Below, piece after piece: positions 7,089 through 15,035 of a stretch of 24,000 bases of DNA. The notes beneath the pieces were generated by a model. That model was given only the letters and a program-made list of their open reading frames with translations. It was not told where the DNA came from and ran no database searches. Position 1 is the stretch's first letter, and each line of letters opens with the position of its first letter. This DNA is from Halopelagius inordinatus (lineage in GTDB: Archaea > Halobacteriota > Halobacteria > Halobacteriales > Haloferacaceae), in NCBI RefSeq assembly GCF_900113245.1, contig NZ_FOOQ01000002.1, forward strand, positions 632,881 to 656,880, read 5' to 3'. The position numbers and the translations under genes are program-made.

Positions 7089-9317
7089 ATGGCCAGGGGA
7101 AACGCGCTACTGGCGCGAATCAGGCGAAGTTACGGGGCGAAACTCGCGCTCGCATTGGTCGCCGTCGTGGCGCTCACCGTCGCGTTCGGTGGGTTCGTCC
7201 ACGCGCAGACGACAGCGGAGTTGGAAGACGACGTGCGAGCGGAGATGACGAACACCGCAGAGATACGGGCGGCGGAACTCGACACGTGGCTATCGGGCAT
7301 CGAACGGCAGACGCGACTGCACTCTGAACACCCGGTGTTGCGGTCCGACGACAGAGGCGAGATACGCGACCACCTCTCGTCGGCCGTCGAACGCGGGCAG
7401 GTGCCCGACGGCGTGGTCGCCGTCCACTACTACGACACCGCCGAAAAACGGATTCTGACGAGTTCGAGCGACGAACTCGTCGGCGTCAGCCCCGCCGAAC
7501 AGGGCGCGCCGTTCGCGACCGACCCGCCGTCGTTCGACGGCGCGGACGACGTGTACGTGAGTTCGCCGTTCCGCGTCGACGCGGTGGAGTTCCCCGTCGT
7601 CGCAGTCGTCTCGCCCGTCGAGGGCGCGGAGAACCGCGCGCTCGTCTACATGATAAATCTCGACTCGCGAACGACCGCCTTCTCGGGGGCGGCGGCGGCC
7701 GAATCGACGCTCGTCGTCGACGGTGACGGACAGTACGTCTCCCATCCCGACAGTTCGATGGTGATGGGCGACGAACGCATCGACGACGCGACGCTCTCGC
7801 GGGTCGAAGATGGCACGTCGTTCTCCGACGACGGAGAGACGGTCACCGCGAGTGCGACGATGTCGTCCGCCGACTGGTCCGTGCTCGTCCGCGCCCCGCG
7901 CGAGGACGTGTTCGGATTGGGGTCGCAGGTGGCCTCGAACATCCTCGGGCTCATCCTCCTGACCGTGGTCAGCCTCGGTCTCATCGGCGTCACCATCGGC
8001 AGCAACACCGTCATCTCGCTGCGTCAGTTGTCGCGGAAGGCCGACGCGATGGCGAACGGCGACCTGTCGGTCGAACTCGAGACGGCCCGGGAGGACGAAA
8101 TCGGGACGCTCTTCGAGTCGTTCGCCGACATGCGCGACTCGCTCAGAGAGCAGATTCGGAGCACCGAGGCGGCGAACGAGCATCTCGAACGGAAAGCCAC
8201 CGACTACGAGTCCGTGATGGCCGACGTGGCGGACGGCGACTTGACCCGACGAGTCCAGACGGAAAGCGAGAGCGAGGCGATGCACGACATCGGCGTCGCG
8301 TTCAACGAGATGCTCGACGAACTCGCACGCACGGTGGCCGAGGGCAAGCGGTTCGCGGACCACGTCGCCGAGGCGGCGACGCGACTCGAAGACGGCGCCG
8401 GCGCGGTCATCGACGAAAATCGCGAGGTCAGCGAGTCCGTCGACGAGATATCGACCGGCGCGGCCAAACAGACCACCTACCTCCACGACGTCTACGACGA
8501 GATAGACGGCCTCTCGGCGAGCGCAGAGGAGGTCGCGGCGACGGTCGACTCCGTCGCCGAGACGTCACAGGCGGCCGCGGCGGCGGGCGAAGACGGCCGG
8601 GAAGCCGCGAGGGCGGCCGTAGAGGAGATGGACGCCGTCGAGAGCCAGACCGAACAGACCGTAGAGGAGATGGACGCGCTCTCGGACGAGATGCAGGCCA
8701 TCGGCGACATCACGGAGGTCATCCGCGAAATCGCCGGACAGACGAACCTGCTGGCGCTGAACGCCTCTATCGAGGCCGCTCGGACGGGCGAGGACGGCGA
8801 CGGCTTCGCCGTCGTCGCGGACGAGGTGAAGAACCTCGCCGAGAAGACAGAACAGTCCGCAGAGGAGATAGAGACCCGACTCGAAGGCGTCCAATCGCGG
8901 ACCGAAGTCGCGGTCGAGGAGATGCGCGAGACGTCCGGTCGAATGGAGTCGGGCGTCGAGACGGTCGAAGACGCGATAGAAGCGCTCGAACAGATAGTCG
9001 ACAGAGTCGAGCAAGCCGACGTGAGCATCCGCGAGATACGTTCGGCGACGGCGGAGCAGGCGAAATCGACGGCGTCGGTCGTCGAAGTGGTCGACGAGGT
9101 GGCGGGCATCTCCGAGCAGACGACCGCCGAAGCCGACAGCGTGGCGACGGCGGCCGAACGGCAGACGGACACCCTGATGGACGTAAGCGAGGACGCGGAC
9201 GCGCTCTCTGTCAGGGCCGCTCGACTGCGCTCCGTGCTGGACGACTTCGAAGTCGAAAGCGAAGGGGAACGGCCGCCCGCGTCGAGTCGCGGCGGGAAGA
9301 TAGCGGGGGACGACTGA
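7089..9317 (+). CDS. htrII: Methyl-accepting phototaxis/chemotaxis transducer, HtrII-type with a large periplasmic domain
   Basis: The 742-aa ORF has TM1 at about aa 17-38 and a ~240-aa extracytoplasmic domain (aa 39-281) that looks Cache-like ([24 protein letters not shown]). TM2 spans about aa 282-308, followed by two HAMP-like segments ([21 protein letters not shown]; [25 protein letters not shown]). The conserved MCP hairpin tip is present ([40 protein letters not shown]). The gene sits immediately upstream of an opsin gene. Confidence 0.9.
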   Translation: MARGNALLARIRRSYGAKLALALVAVVALTVAFGGFVHAQTTAELEDDVRAEMTNTAEIRAAELDTWLSGIERQTRLHSEHPVLRSDDRGEIRDHLSSAVERGQVPDGVVAVHYYDTAEKRILTSSSDELVGVSPAEQGAPFATDPPSFDGADDVYVSSPFRVDAVEFPVVAVVSPVEGAENRALVYMINLDSRTTAFSGAAAAESTLVVDGDGQYVSHPDSSMVMGDERIDDATLSRVEDGTSFSDDGETVTASATMSSADWSVLVRAPREDVFGLGSQVASNILGLILLTVVSLGLIGVTIGSNTVISLRQLSRKADAMANGDLSVELETAREDEIGTLFESFADMRDSLREQIRSTEAANEHLERKATDYESVMADVADGDLTRRVQTESESEAMHDIGVAFNEMLDELARTVAEGKRFADHVAEAATRLEDGAGAVIDENREVSESVDEISTGAAKQTTYLHDVYDEIDGLSASAEEVAATVDSVAETSQAAAAAGEDGREAARAAVEEMDAVESQTEQTVEEMDALSDEMQAIGDITEVIREIAGQTNLLALNASIEAARTGEDGDGFAVVADEVKNLAEKTEQSAEEIETRLEGVQSRTEVAVEEMRETSGRMESGVETVEDAIEALEQIVDRVEQADVSIREIRSATAEQAKSTASVVEVVDEVAGISEQTTAEADSVATAAERQTDTLMDVSEDADALSVRAARLRSVLDDFEVESEGERPPASSRGGKIAGDD

Positions 9318-9324
9318 GACGACA

Positions 9325-10050
9325 ATGTTCGAAACGTACACACTCTGGCTCTGGATCGGAACCGTGGGGATGACGCTCGGCACGCTCCCGCCGTTGAAGC
9401 GCGCGTTCACGGACGCGAGACATCGTTCGTACTACGCCGTCCTCGCGAGCATTCCCGGCATCGCGGCCGTCGCCTACCTCGCGATGGCGCTCGGGTACGG
9501 CTTCCAGACGGTCGACGGCGCGGTGTTTTTCGTGCCTCGGTACGTCGATTGGCTCCTCACGACGCCGCTTCTCGTCTTGTATCTCGGGATGCTCTGTCGC
9601 CCGTCGAAACGGGTGTACGCCGCGCTCTTGGGGCTCGACGTGGTCGTCATCCTCTCTGGCGTCGCCGCCGTCTTCCTCGGGGGCCTCCTCGGCATCGCCG
9701 TGTTCGGCGTCGGCTGCGTCGCCTTCGCGGTACTGGCGTACCTCCTCGTCGTCGGCCTCCAGCGACGGGCAGTCGTCGGCGACGACCGAGTCGAGACGGT
9801 GTTCACGAAACTCCGGAACCTCACCGTCGTTCTCTGGAGTCTCTACCCCGTCGTCTGGGTGCTCTCGGGGCCCGGGTTGGGTCTGTTGAACCCCTCGACT
9901 GAGATACTCGTCGTGACCTACCTCGACCTCATCACGAAGGTCGGATTCGTCGCCATCGCGGTGAACGGGTCCGACGCGCTGGACCGACTCACGAACGTGC
10001 GGGGACGCGCCGACTCGGCCGCCCGACGGCCCGGTTCGACCGCCGACTGA
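9325..10050 (+). CDS. sopII: Sensory rhodopsin II (phoborhodopsin)-type microbial rhodopsin
   Basis: The 241-aa ORF has 7 hydrophobic helices. It contains RYVDWLLTTPLLVLYLG (Arg72, Asp75; Tyr86 at the BR Asp96 position, so it is not a proton pump). It also contains LYPVVW and VVTYLDLITKVGF, with Tyr199, Asp201, Thr204 and Lys205 (codon aag at 9937-9939) for the retinal Schiff base. The ATG lies 7 nt after the htr stop. Confidence 0.9.
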   Translation: MFETYTLWLWIGTVGMTLGTLPPLKRAFTDARHRSYYAVLASIPGIAAVAYLAMALGYGFQTVDGAVFFVPRYVDWLLTTPLLVLYLGMLCRPSKRVYAALLGLDVVVILSGVAAVFLGGLLGIAVFGVGCVAFAVLAYLLVVGLQRRAVVGDDRVETVFTKLRNLTVVLWSLYPVVWVLSGPGLGLLNPSTEILVVTYLDLITKVGFVAIAVNGSDALDRLTNVRGRADSAARRPGSTAD

Positions 10051-10076
10051 CCCCCGCGGCGACGAGACGAGCGCTC

Positions 10077-10080
10077 TTTT
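10077..10080 (+). terminator. Oligo-T tract downstream of sopII
   Basis: The sequence ctcttttccc lies 27 nt after the stop. Confidence 0.3.
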
Positions 10081-10130
10081 CCCGAGTCGGCATCGTCGCG
10101 TTCAAATCCGGCCGCCGCGCAGTCGTAAGC

Positions 10131-11195
10131 ATGAGCGACGACGACCACGAGTACCAGCCGCCGAACCGCGAGGAGTTCGCGGAGAACCCCGTCGGTCACG
10201 CCCGCGTCGAAGCGGGGATGACCGTCGGCGAACTCGCCGCGGAGTACGGAAAGGCGGGCATCGGAGCGGCCAGCGTCAACCGCGCCGTCGACACCTACGC
10301 GGAGATGCTGGCCCGCGACGACGTGACGAACTTCTTCGGCCTCGCGGGCGCGATGGTGCCGACGGGGATGCGCCAGATCGTCACCGACCTGATTCGCGAC
10401 GGCCACATCGACGCTCTCGTCACGACGGGCGCGAACCTCACCCACGACGCCATCGAAGCCGTCGGCGGCAAACACCACCACGGCCGGGCGGAACCGCACG
10501 ACCCCCACCCCTCGAACGCGGACGCCGACCCGACGGGCGAGACGACGCGCGACCACGACGAACATCTCCGAGACGAGGAGGTAGACCGAATCTACAACGT
10601 CTACCTCCCGCAGGAGTACTTTGCGCTGTTCGAGGGACACCTCCGCGAGAACGTCTTTCCGAACGTCGAACGGACGGTTTCGATCCAAGAGTTCACCGCG
10701 GAACTCGGCCGGGCGAACCTCGAACAGAATCGTGCGGAAGGAGTCGAAGAGGACGCCGGCGTCGCCGCCGCGGCGTACGAAAACGACGTCCCCATCTACT
10801 GCCCGGCGATTCAGGACTCGGTGTTGGGGATTCAAGCGTGGATATACTCACAGACCTCGGAGTTCGCGCTGGACGCTCTGGGCGACATGACGCACCTCTC
10901 TGACCTCGCGTTCGAAGCCGAGAAGGCGGGCGCGATGGTCGTCGGCGGCGGCGTCCCGAAGAACTACGTCCTCCAGACGATGTTGACCATCCCCGACGCC
11001 TACGACTACGCCGTCCAACTCACGATGGACCCCGACCACACGGGCGGTCTGTCGGGCGCGACGTTGGACGAGGCTCGGTCGTGGGGGAAATTAGAGAAGT
11101 CCGCGCAGAACGTCACCGTCGTCGGCGACGCGACGGTGACGCTCCCGTTGGTCACCGCCGGGGCGCGCGAACGCGCCGAGGAACTGGAGTTCTAA
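10131..11195 (+). CDS. dhs: Deoxyhypusine synthase
   Basis: The 354-aa ORF has DHS blocks FFGLAGAMVPTGMR, DALVTTGANLTHD, VDRIYNVYLP, VPIYCPAIQDS, GGGVPKNY and the C-terminal EARSWGK (active-site Lys region). A TATA-like ttcaaat at 10101-10107 lies 27 nt upstream. Confidence 0.9.
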   Translation: MSDDDHEYQPPNREEFAENPVGHARVEAGMTVGELAAEYGKAGIGAASVNRAVDTYAEMLARDDVTNFFGLAGAMVPTGMRQIVTDLIRDGHIDALVTTGANLTHDAIEAVGGKHHHGRAEPHDPHPSNADADPTGETTRDHDEHLRDEEVDRIYNVYLPQEYFALFEGHLRENVFPNVERTVSIQEFTAELGRANLEQNRAEGVEEDAGVAAAAYENDVPIYCPAIQDSVLGIQAWIYSQTSEFALDALGDMTHLSDLAFEAEKAGAMVVGGGVPKNYVLQTMLTIPDAYDYAVQLTMDPDHTGGLSGATLDEARSWGKLEKSAQNVTVVGDATVTLPLVTAGARERAEELEF

Positions 11196-12256
11196 GCGCC
11201 TCCTTCGAGCACGCGCCACCCCTCGTCGGTCCGCACCAGCGTCCCGTTCGAGCGTCGGGACCCGACCTCTCCGACGGTCATGAAGCGGACGCCGTCGTGG
11301 GACTTCGCGTGGCGGAGAAGGGCTCGGAGGTCGGCGCGTCGGTCCGGCGTGTCGAAATCGGGGTAGTGAATCATCATCGCGTACGTCCCTCCCTCCGCGT
11401 ACGACTCGTCGAACTCCGCTTCGAGTTCGGCCCGCGATTTCGTCTCCATCGTCGTCCAGTTGCTCACGTACCCGTTCGTACTGGCGACGTGGACGGCCGA
11501 CCCGTTTCGGAAGACGCCGGTCTCGCCGTAGTACGATCGCGTGAACCACGACCCCCCGGAGACGACTTCGAGTTCGGAGTCGGCCACCGCGCGCGTCGTG
11601 TTCTCGTCGTAGGTGTTCATCGGCGGGACGAACGTCGTCGGGCGAGTCCCCGTGCAGGCCGCCAGTTCCTCGGACCCGGCGGCGACCCACTCGCGTTGGG
11701 TCTCGTACGGAATCGAGCCGAACTCGCTGCCGCCGAAGAACTCCGCTCGGTTCTCGTGGCTGTACCCGTGGACCGCGAACTCGAACGTGTCCGGGTGGCG
11801 GCGGCCGAGTTCCCGGAGATACGTACAGGTCTCCTCGGACGACGAGATGGCCGCCCCGTCGAGGAAGGGGATGACCGCGTTCGTCACCGGAACGTCCTCC
11901 GTCACGAACACCCGGTCGACGGCCTTCATCGTCGAGAACTCGTGGGAGGGTTGGATGTCGTCGTTCCGGAAGACGACGACGAGTCGGTACTCTCGCCACG
12001 TGGTGTTCGACGCCTCCGACGGGGCGGGCGTGGCGGTGTGCGCCGTCGCGTCGTCAGATGGAGTGGACGACGTCGATTCCGTTCCGGTGGCGGTCAGTTC
12101 GTGCGCCGTCACCCGCGGACCGTCGGCGGACGCCGACGGTTCGGTGGACCCGACCGCCGAATCGAGGACGCCGACGCCGCCGACGCCGACGGCCGCACCG
12201 AGAGCGATTGCGAGAGCCACTACCGCGAACCTCCGAAGTCGCCGGAGAGAGGGCAT
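11192..12256 (-). CDS. Secreted polysaccharide deacetylase-like (NodB-type) protein with a Tat-like signal and Ser/Thr-rich linker
   Basis: The 354-aa ORF begins with MPSLRRLRRFAVVALAIALGAA, which has twin-Arg pairs followed by a hydrophobic stretch. A Thr/Ser/Pro-rich linker follows. The catalytic domain has VVFRNDDIQ and HGYSHE, which resemble the NodB TFDD and HxxxH motifs. Confidence 0.7.
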   Translation of the reverse strand: MPSLRRLRRFAVVALAIALGAAVGVGGVGVLDSAVGSTEPSASADGPRVTAHELTATGTESTSSTPSDDATAHTATPAPSEASNTTWREYRLVVVFRNDDIQPSHEFSTMKAVDRVFVTEDVPVTNAVIPFLDGAAISSSEETCTYLRELGRRHPDTFEFAVHGYSHENRAEFFGGSEFGSIPYETQREWVAAGSEELAACTGTRPTTFVPPMNTYDENTTRAVADSELEVVSGGSWFTRSYYGETGVFRNGSAVHVASTNGYVSNWTTMETKSRAELEAEFDESYAEGGTYAMMIHYPDFDTPDRRADLRALLRHAKSHDGVRFMTVGEVGSRRSNGTLVRTDEGWRVLEGGA

Positions 12257-12424
12257 AGTCGTCCGCTACTCTCGACTCGTCGGATATGAGTATATACGGG
12301 CTACTGCCACTGTCTCCGAAAGTGTCCTCTTCGGGACCGGCGAAATCGGTCATTACGTTGCCACGGTCCGGACAGAAGTAGCCCACCTGCGGCGCGCCCC
12401 TCGGACGAGGGCCACCGACGGCGG

Positions 12425-13162
12425 TCAGAGCGGTTCGGCGTCGGCGACGTACTCCGCGAACGTGTCCAACGCGCTCGGGTCGTGGGACTCGTCGGCGTGT
12501 TCGACGTTCCAGAGGCCGCCCGCCCGTATCTCGGCGTTCGGGCTGTGTCTCCCGAGCCAATCGGTCGAACGGGCGTCGGCGACGGGGCCGCCGTAGTTGC
12601 TCGCTAACGCGATGACGTTGCGTTCGATGCGCGCCCGGTCGCTGGTCGAAGAGGGAGCGTCGGACACGCCGACCCAGAGGAACGGTTGGTGCCGGAGGTA
12701 ACTGCTCACCCACCGTTCCATCGGGTACTCCTCGTCTCGAACCGCCGCGCGCGGTCGGTCGGCGGGGATTCGAGAGGTTCCCCAGTCGGGGTACGCGTCG
12801 GCGAGTCCGTGGTGTTCGACGAGTGCTTCGCCGACGCGGAGGCGGTACACCGACCCGCGGTGGTTGCCGCCGTGCGGGTGCGCGGAACTCCCGTCTCCCG
12901 TCCCGTAATGCTGTTTCAGTCGGTCCCAGAGGGTCGTCTTGCTCCCCTCGGTCACGGCGTGGGTCCCGACGCGCGTCAGTCGTCTCTGTCCCGACGACGC
13001 TCTCGTCTCGCCCGGCGCGAAGAAGAAGTAGACGCCTCGGTCCGGCCAGTCCATGCGGCCGTGGCAGTCCGCCAGTCGCCGAGGGCCGCCGACGCGCGCC
13101 GCCAACTCGTCGAACAGGTCGTAGAGACGGTCCAAATCGGCCGCCCGTGTCGTCTCGGTCAC
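12425..13162 (-). CDS. Orphan GIY-YIG superfamily-like protein of unknown function
   Basis: The 245-aa ORF has a GTG start. Ordered motifs are GVYFFF (43-48), RVGTH (64-68), LWDRLKQH (78-85), NHRGSVYR (100-107) and IERNVIAL (179-186). A TATA-like box lies 28 nt upstream. The function is inferred from motif order only. Confidence 0.65.
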   Translation of the reverse strand: MTETTRAADLDRLYDLFDELAARVGGPRRLADCHGRMDWPDRGVYFFFAPGETRASSGQRRLTRVGTHAVTEGSKTTLWDRLKQHYGTGDGSSAHPHGGNHRGSVYRLRVGEALVEHHGLADAYPDWGTSRIPADRPRAAVRDEEYPMERWVSSYLRHQPFLWVGVSDAPSSTSDRARIERNVIALASNYGGPVADARSTDWLGRHSPNAEIRAGGLWNVEHADESHDPSALDTFAEYVADAEPL

Positions 13163-13186
13163 CGTACCCGGTGATGCTCCGTCCCC

Positions 13187-13194
13187 CTATTTAG
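13187..13194 (-). promoter_or_regulatory. TATA-like box for the GIY-YIG-like gene
   Basis: The + strand reads ctatttag (CTAAATAG on the minus strand). It is centred about 28 nt upstream of GTG 13162. Confidence 0.45.
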
Positions 13195-13236
13195 TGGTTC
13201 GTCCGACGCGCCGCATCCCGTCGCTCGGTTTCCGAC

Positions 13237-13244
13237 AGATATAG
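13237..13244 (+). promoter_or_regulatory. TATA-like box for the SHOCT membrane protein gene
   Basis: The sequence agatatag is centred about 33 nt upstream of ATG 13274. Confidence 0.4.
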
Positions 13245-13273
13245 CTCTCCCGGCGACCAACTACCGACCGACG

Positions 13274-13807
13274 ATGGGCATACTCCGCGACCGTCTGTTC
13301 GGCCTCTCCGTGGTCGTCTTCCTCCTCTCGGCGACGCTCTCCGTCGTCGTCCTCGGCTACGGCGCGTTAGTCCTCGCCTCGGCGTTCGTCACCGACGCGT
13401 CAGTGGTCGGCGCGCTCTTCGAACTGGCCGTCCCGTGGGTCGCTCTCGCGGCCGTCTCCCTCCTCGGAACCGTCTTCGGAAGCGTCGGTGCGGTGTACGC
13501 CCTCGCCCGTCGCGTGTCCGTCCCTCGCGGCGGCCGACTCCACCGCCTCGCCGCGTACGCCGAGCGAGCGTGTCCGCCGCTTCGAACCCTCGGTCTCTCC
13601 GAGGCGCTCTCGGAACCCGAACCGTCGCCCGAGGAGAAGGCGCAGGACGCCTTGGAAGACCTGAAGCGGCGATACGTCGCCGGAGAGATGGACGAACGGG
13701 AGTTCGAACGGAGAGTGGACAGACTGGTGGCGAACGACTCGGTGGACGGCGCGCGGGCCGAACGGAAACGTCGCGAGGTGCTCCGAGACGAGAGTCGGGG
13801 CCGGTAG
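13274..13807 (+). CDS. Membrane protein with C-terminal SHOCT domain
   Basis: The 177-aa ORF has three N-terminal hydrophobic helices. The C-terminal LKRRYVAGEMDEREFERRVDRLV matches the SHOCT consensus (L..R.A.GEI...EF..R...L). Confidence 0.7.
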   Translation: MGILRDRLFGLSVVVFLLSATLSVVVLGYGALVLASAFVTDASVVGALFELAVPWVALAAVSLLGTVFGSVGAVYALARRVSVPRGGRLHRLAAYAERACPPLRTLGLSEALSEPEPSPEEKAQDALEDLKRRYVAGEMDEREFERRVDRLVANDSVDGARAERKRREVLRDESRGR

Positions 13808-13854
13808 CGCCGTCGAAGCGAAGGGAACCGGCAGAACGGCGGCCCTGAGGCATC

Positions 13855-13859
13855 TTTTT
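13855..13859 (+). terminator. T5 tract after the SHOCT gene; it may double as the TATA-like element of the next gene
   Basis: The sequence catctttttgc lies 48 nt after stop 13805-13807 and 28 nt upstream of ATG 13885. Confidence 0.35.
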
Positions 13860-13884
13860 GCACCGCCTGCCCGTCGTAGCGCCT

Positions 13885-14856
13885 ATGGAGTACACCACGT
13901 TCGGACAGACGGGCACGACGGTGAGCGAAATCTGTCTCGGCGGCATGAGTTTCGGAACGGGCTGGGACGAGTGGACGCTCGACAGAGCGGAGAGCCGCGA
14001 ACTCATCGAACGCGCAATCGAACTCGGAATCAACTTCTTCGATACGGCGAACGTCTACTCGTACGGCGAAAGCGAGGAGATTCTCGGCGAGGTGCTTTCC
14101 GAGTACGACCGAGACGAGTTCGTCGTCGCGACGAAGGTGTACGGCCAGATGGACGAGAACGACCCGAACTCGGGGGGTCTCTCGCGGAAGACCATCGAAC
14201 AGGAACTTGACGCCTCGCTCGACAGACTGGGCATGGAGACGGTCGACCTCTATCAGATTCACCGCTGGGACTACGACACGCCCATCGAGACGACGCTTCG
14301 CGCGTTGGACGACGCCGTCCGCCGCGGGAAAGTCCGACACCTCGGCGCGTCGTCGATGTGGGCCCACCAGTTCGCCGACGCCCTTCACACCGCAGACAGC
14401 CTCGGACTCGAACGGTTCGCTTCGATGCAGAACCTCTACAACCTCGCGTACCGCGAGGAGGAACGCGAGATGCTTCCGCTCTGTGAGAAAGAGGGCGTCG
14501 CGGTGATGCCGTGGAGTCCGCTCGCGGCGGGCTTTCTCACGCGCCCGCACGAGGAGTTCGATGCGACGACGCGCGGCGAACACGAGGCGTCTCTCGAACG
14601 GGGGTACACGCGGGGCGGCGGCCCGGAGATAAACGAACGCGTACAGGAACTCGCCGCGGAGAAGGGCGTCAAGATGGCGCAAATCGCGCTCGCGTGGCAG
14701 TTCCACAAAGAGCACGTGACGACGCCCATCGTCGGCACGTCGAGCGTCGAACACCTCGAAGACGCCGTGGAGGCGTTGGACATCGACCTCTCGGAATCCG
14801 ACATCGAGTATCTCGAAGACCCGTACGAGCCCGTTCCGGTCGCCGGACACGACTGA
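13885..14856 (+). CDS. Aldo/keto reductase family oxidoreductase
   Basis: I use the internal ATG (MEYTTFGQTG...) of track ORF 13858..14856, whose listed start is TTG. AKR blocks are present: FFDTANVYSYGESEEILG, VVATKV and LDRLGMETVDLYQIHRWD. Confidence 0.9.
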   Translation: MEYTTFGQTGTTVSEICLGGMSFGTGWDEWTLDRAESRELIERAIELGINFFDTANVYSYGESEEILGEVLSEYDRDEFVVATKVYGQMDENDPNSGGLSRKTIEQELDASLDRLGMETVDLYQIHRWDYDTPIETTLRALDDAVRRGKVRHLGASSMWAHQFADALHTADSLGLERFASMQNLYNLAYREEEREMLPLCEKEGVAVMPWSPLAAGFLTRPHEEFDATTRGEHEASLERGYTRGGGPEINERVQELAAEKGVKMAQIALAWQFHKEHVTTPIVGTSSVEHLEDAVEALDIDLSESDIEYLEDPYEPVPVAGHD

Positions 14857-14904
14857 GAGGGTCCGTCCCGGACGACGGACGGGACGAACGCCGCCGGACC
14901 GTCG

Positions 14905-14909
14905 TTTTT
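14905..14909 (+). terminator. T5 tract downstream of the AKR gene, preceded by a 7-bp hairpin
   Basis: The stem cgtcccg/cgggacg lies at about 14864-14886, followed by gtcgtttttg. The T-run is 49 nt after the stop. Confidence 0.45.
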
Positions 14910-15035
14910 GTTCTATCAGTAACGTTCATTATAGTCGGGCGTCTCCGTCGAGACGTGATGTCGGTCGTACGCGTACGCCGTTGACTCGTTTTCGACCCGC
15001 ACAGGCGTACGACCACTCCCGACGCATCCCGACAC

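Noticed and set aside
7290-9410. Long minus-strand ORFs antisense to htrII (7290..8486, 8492..9343, 8565..9410)
   Set aside because: These are Ser/Arg-rich shadows of the Ala/Glu/Asp-rich coiled-coil MCP gene. The GCN/GAN codon periodicity of the sense strand keeps the antisense frames open.
10099-10112. The sequence gcgttcaaatccgg, which resembles a tRNA T-loop (GTTCAAATCC)
   Set aside because: The flanking bases cannot form a T-stem (cgcg vs ccgg), and no acceptor, D or anticodon arms are present. Its position 27 nt upstream of the dhs ATG fits a TATA-like promoter element instead.
9918-12713. ORFs 9918..10835 (-), 11081..12289 (+), 11091..11999 (-), 11613..12596 (+) and 12054..12713 (-)
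   Set aside because: They are antisense or out-of-frame relative to DHS, the deacetylase and the GIY-YIG-like gene. Their composition is Arg/Gly/Pro-dominated and they carry no motifs.
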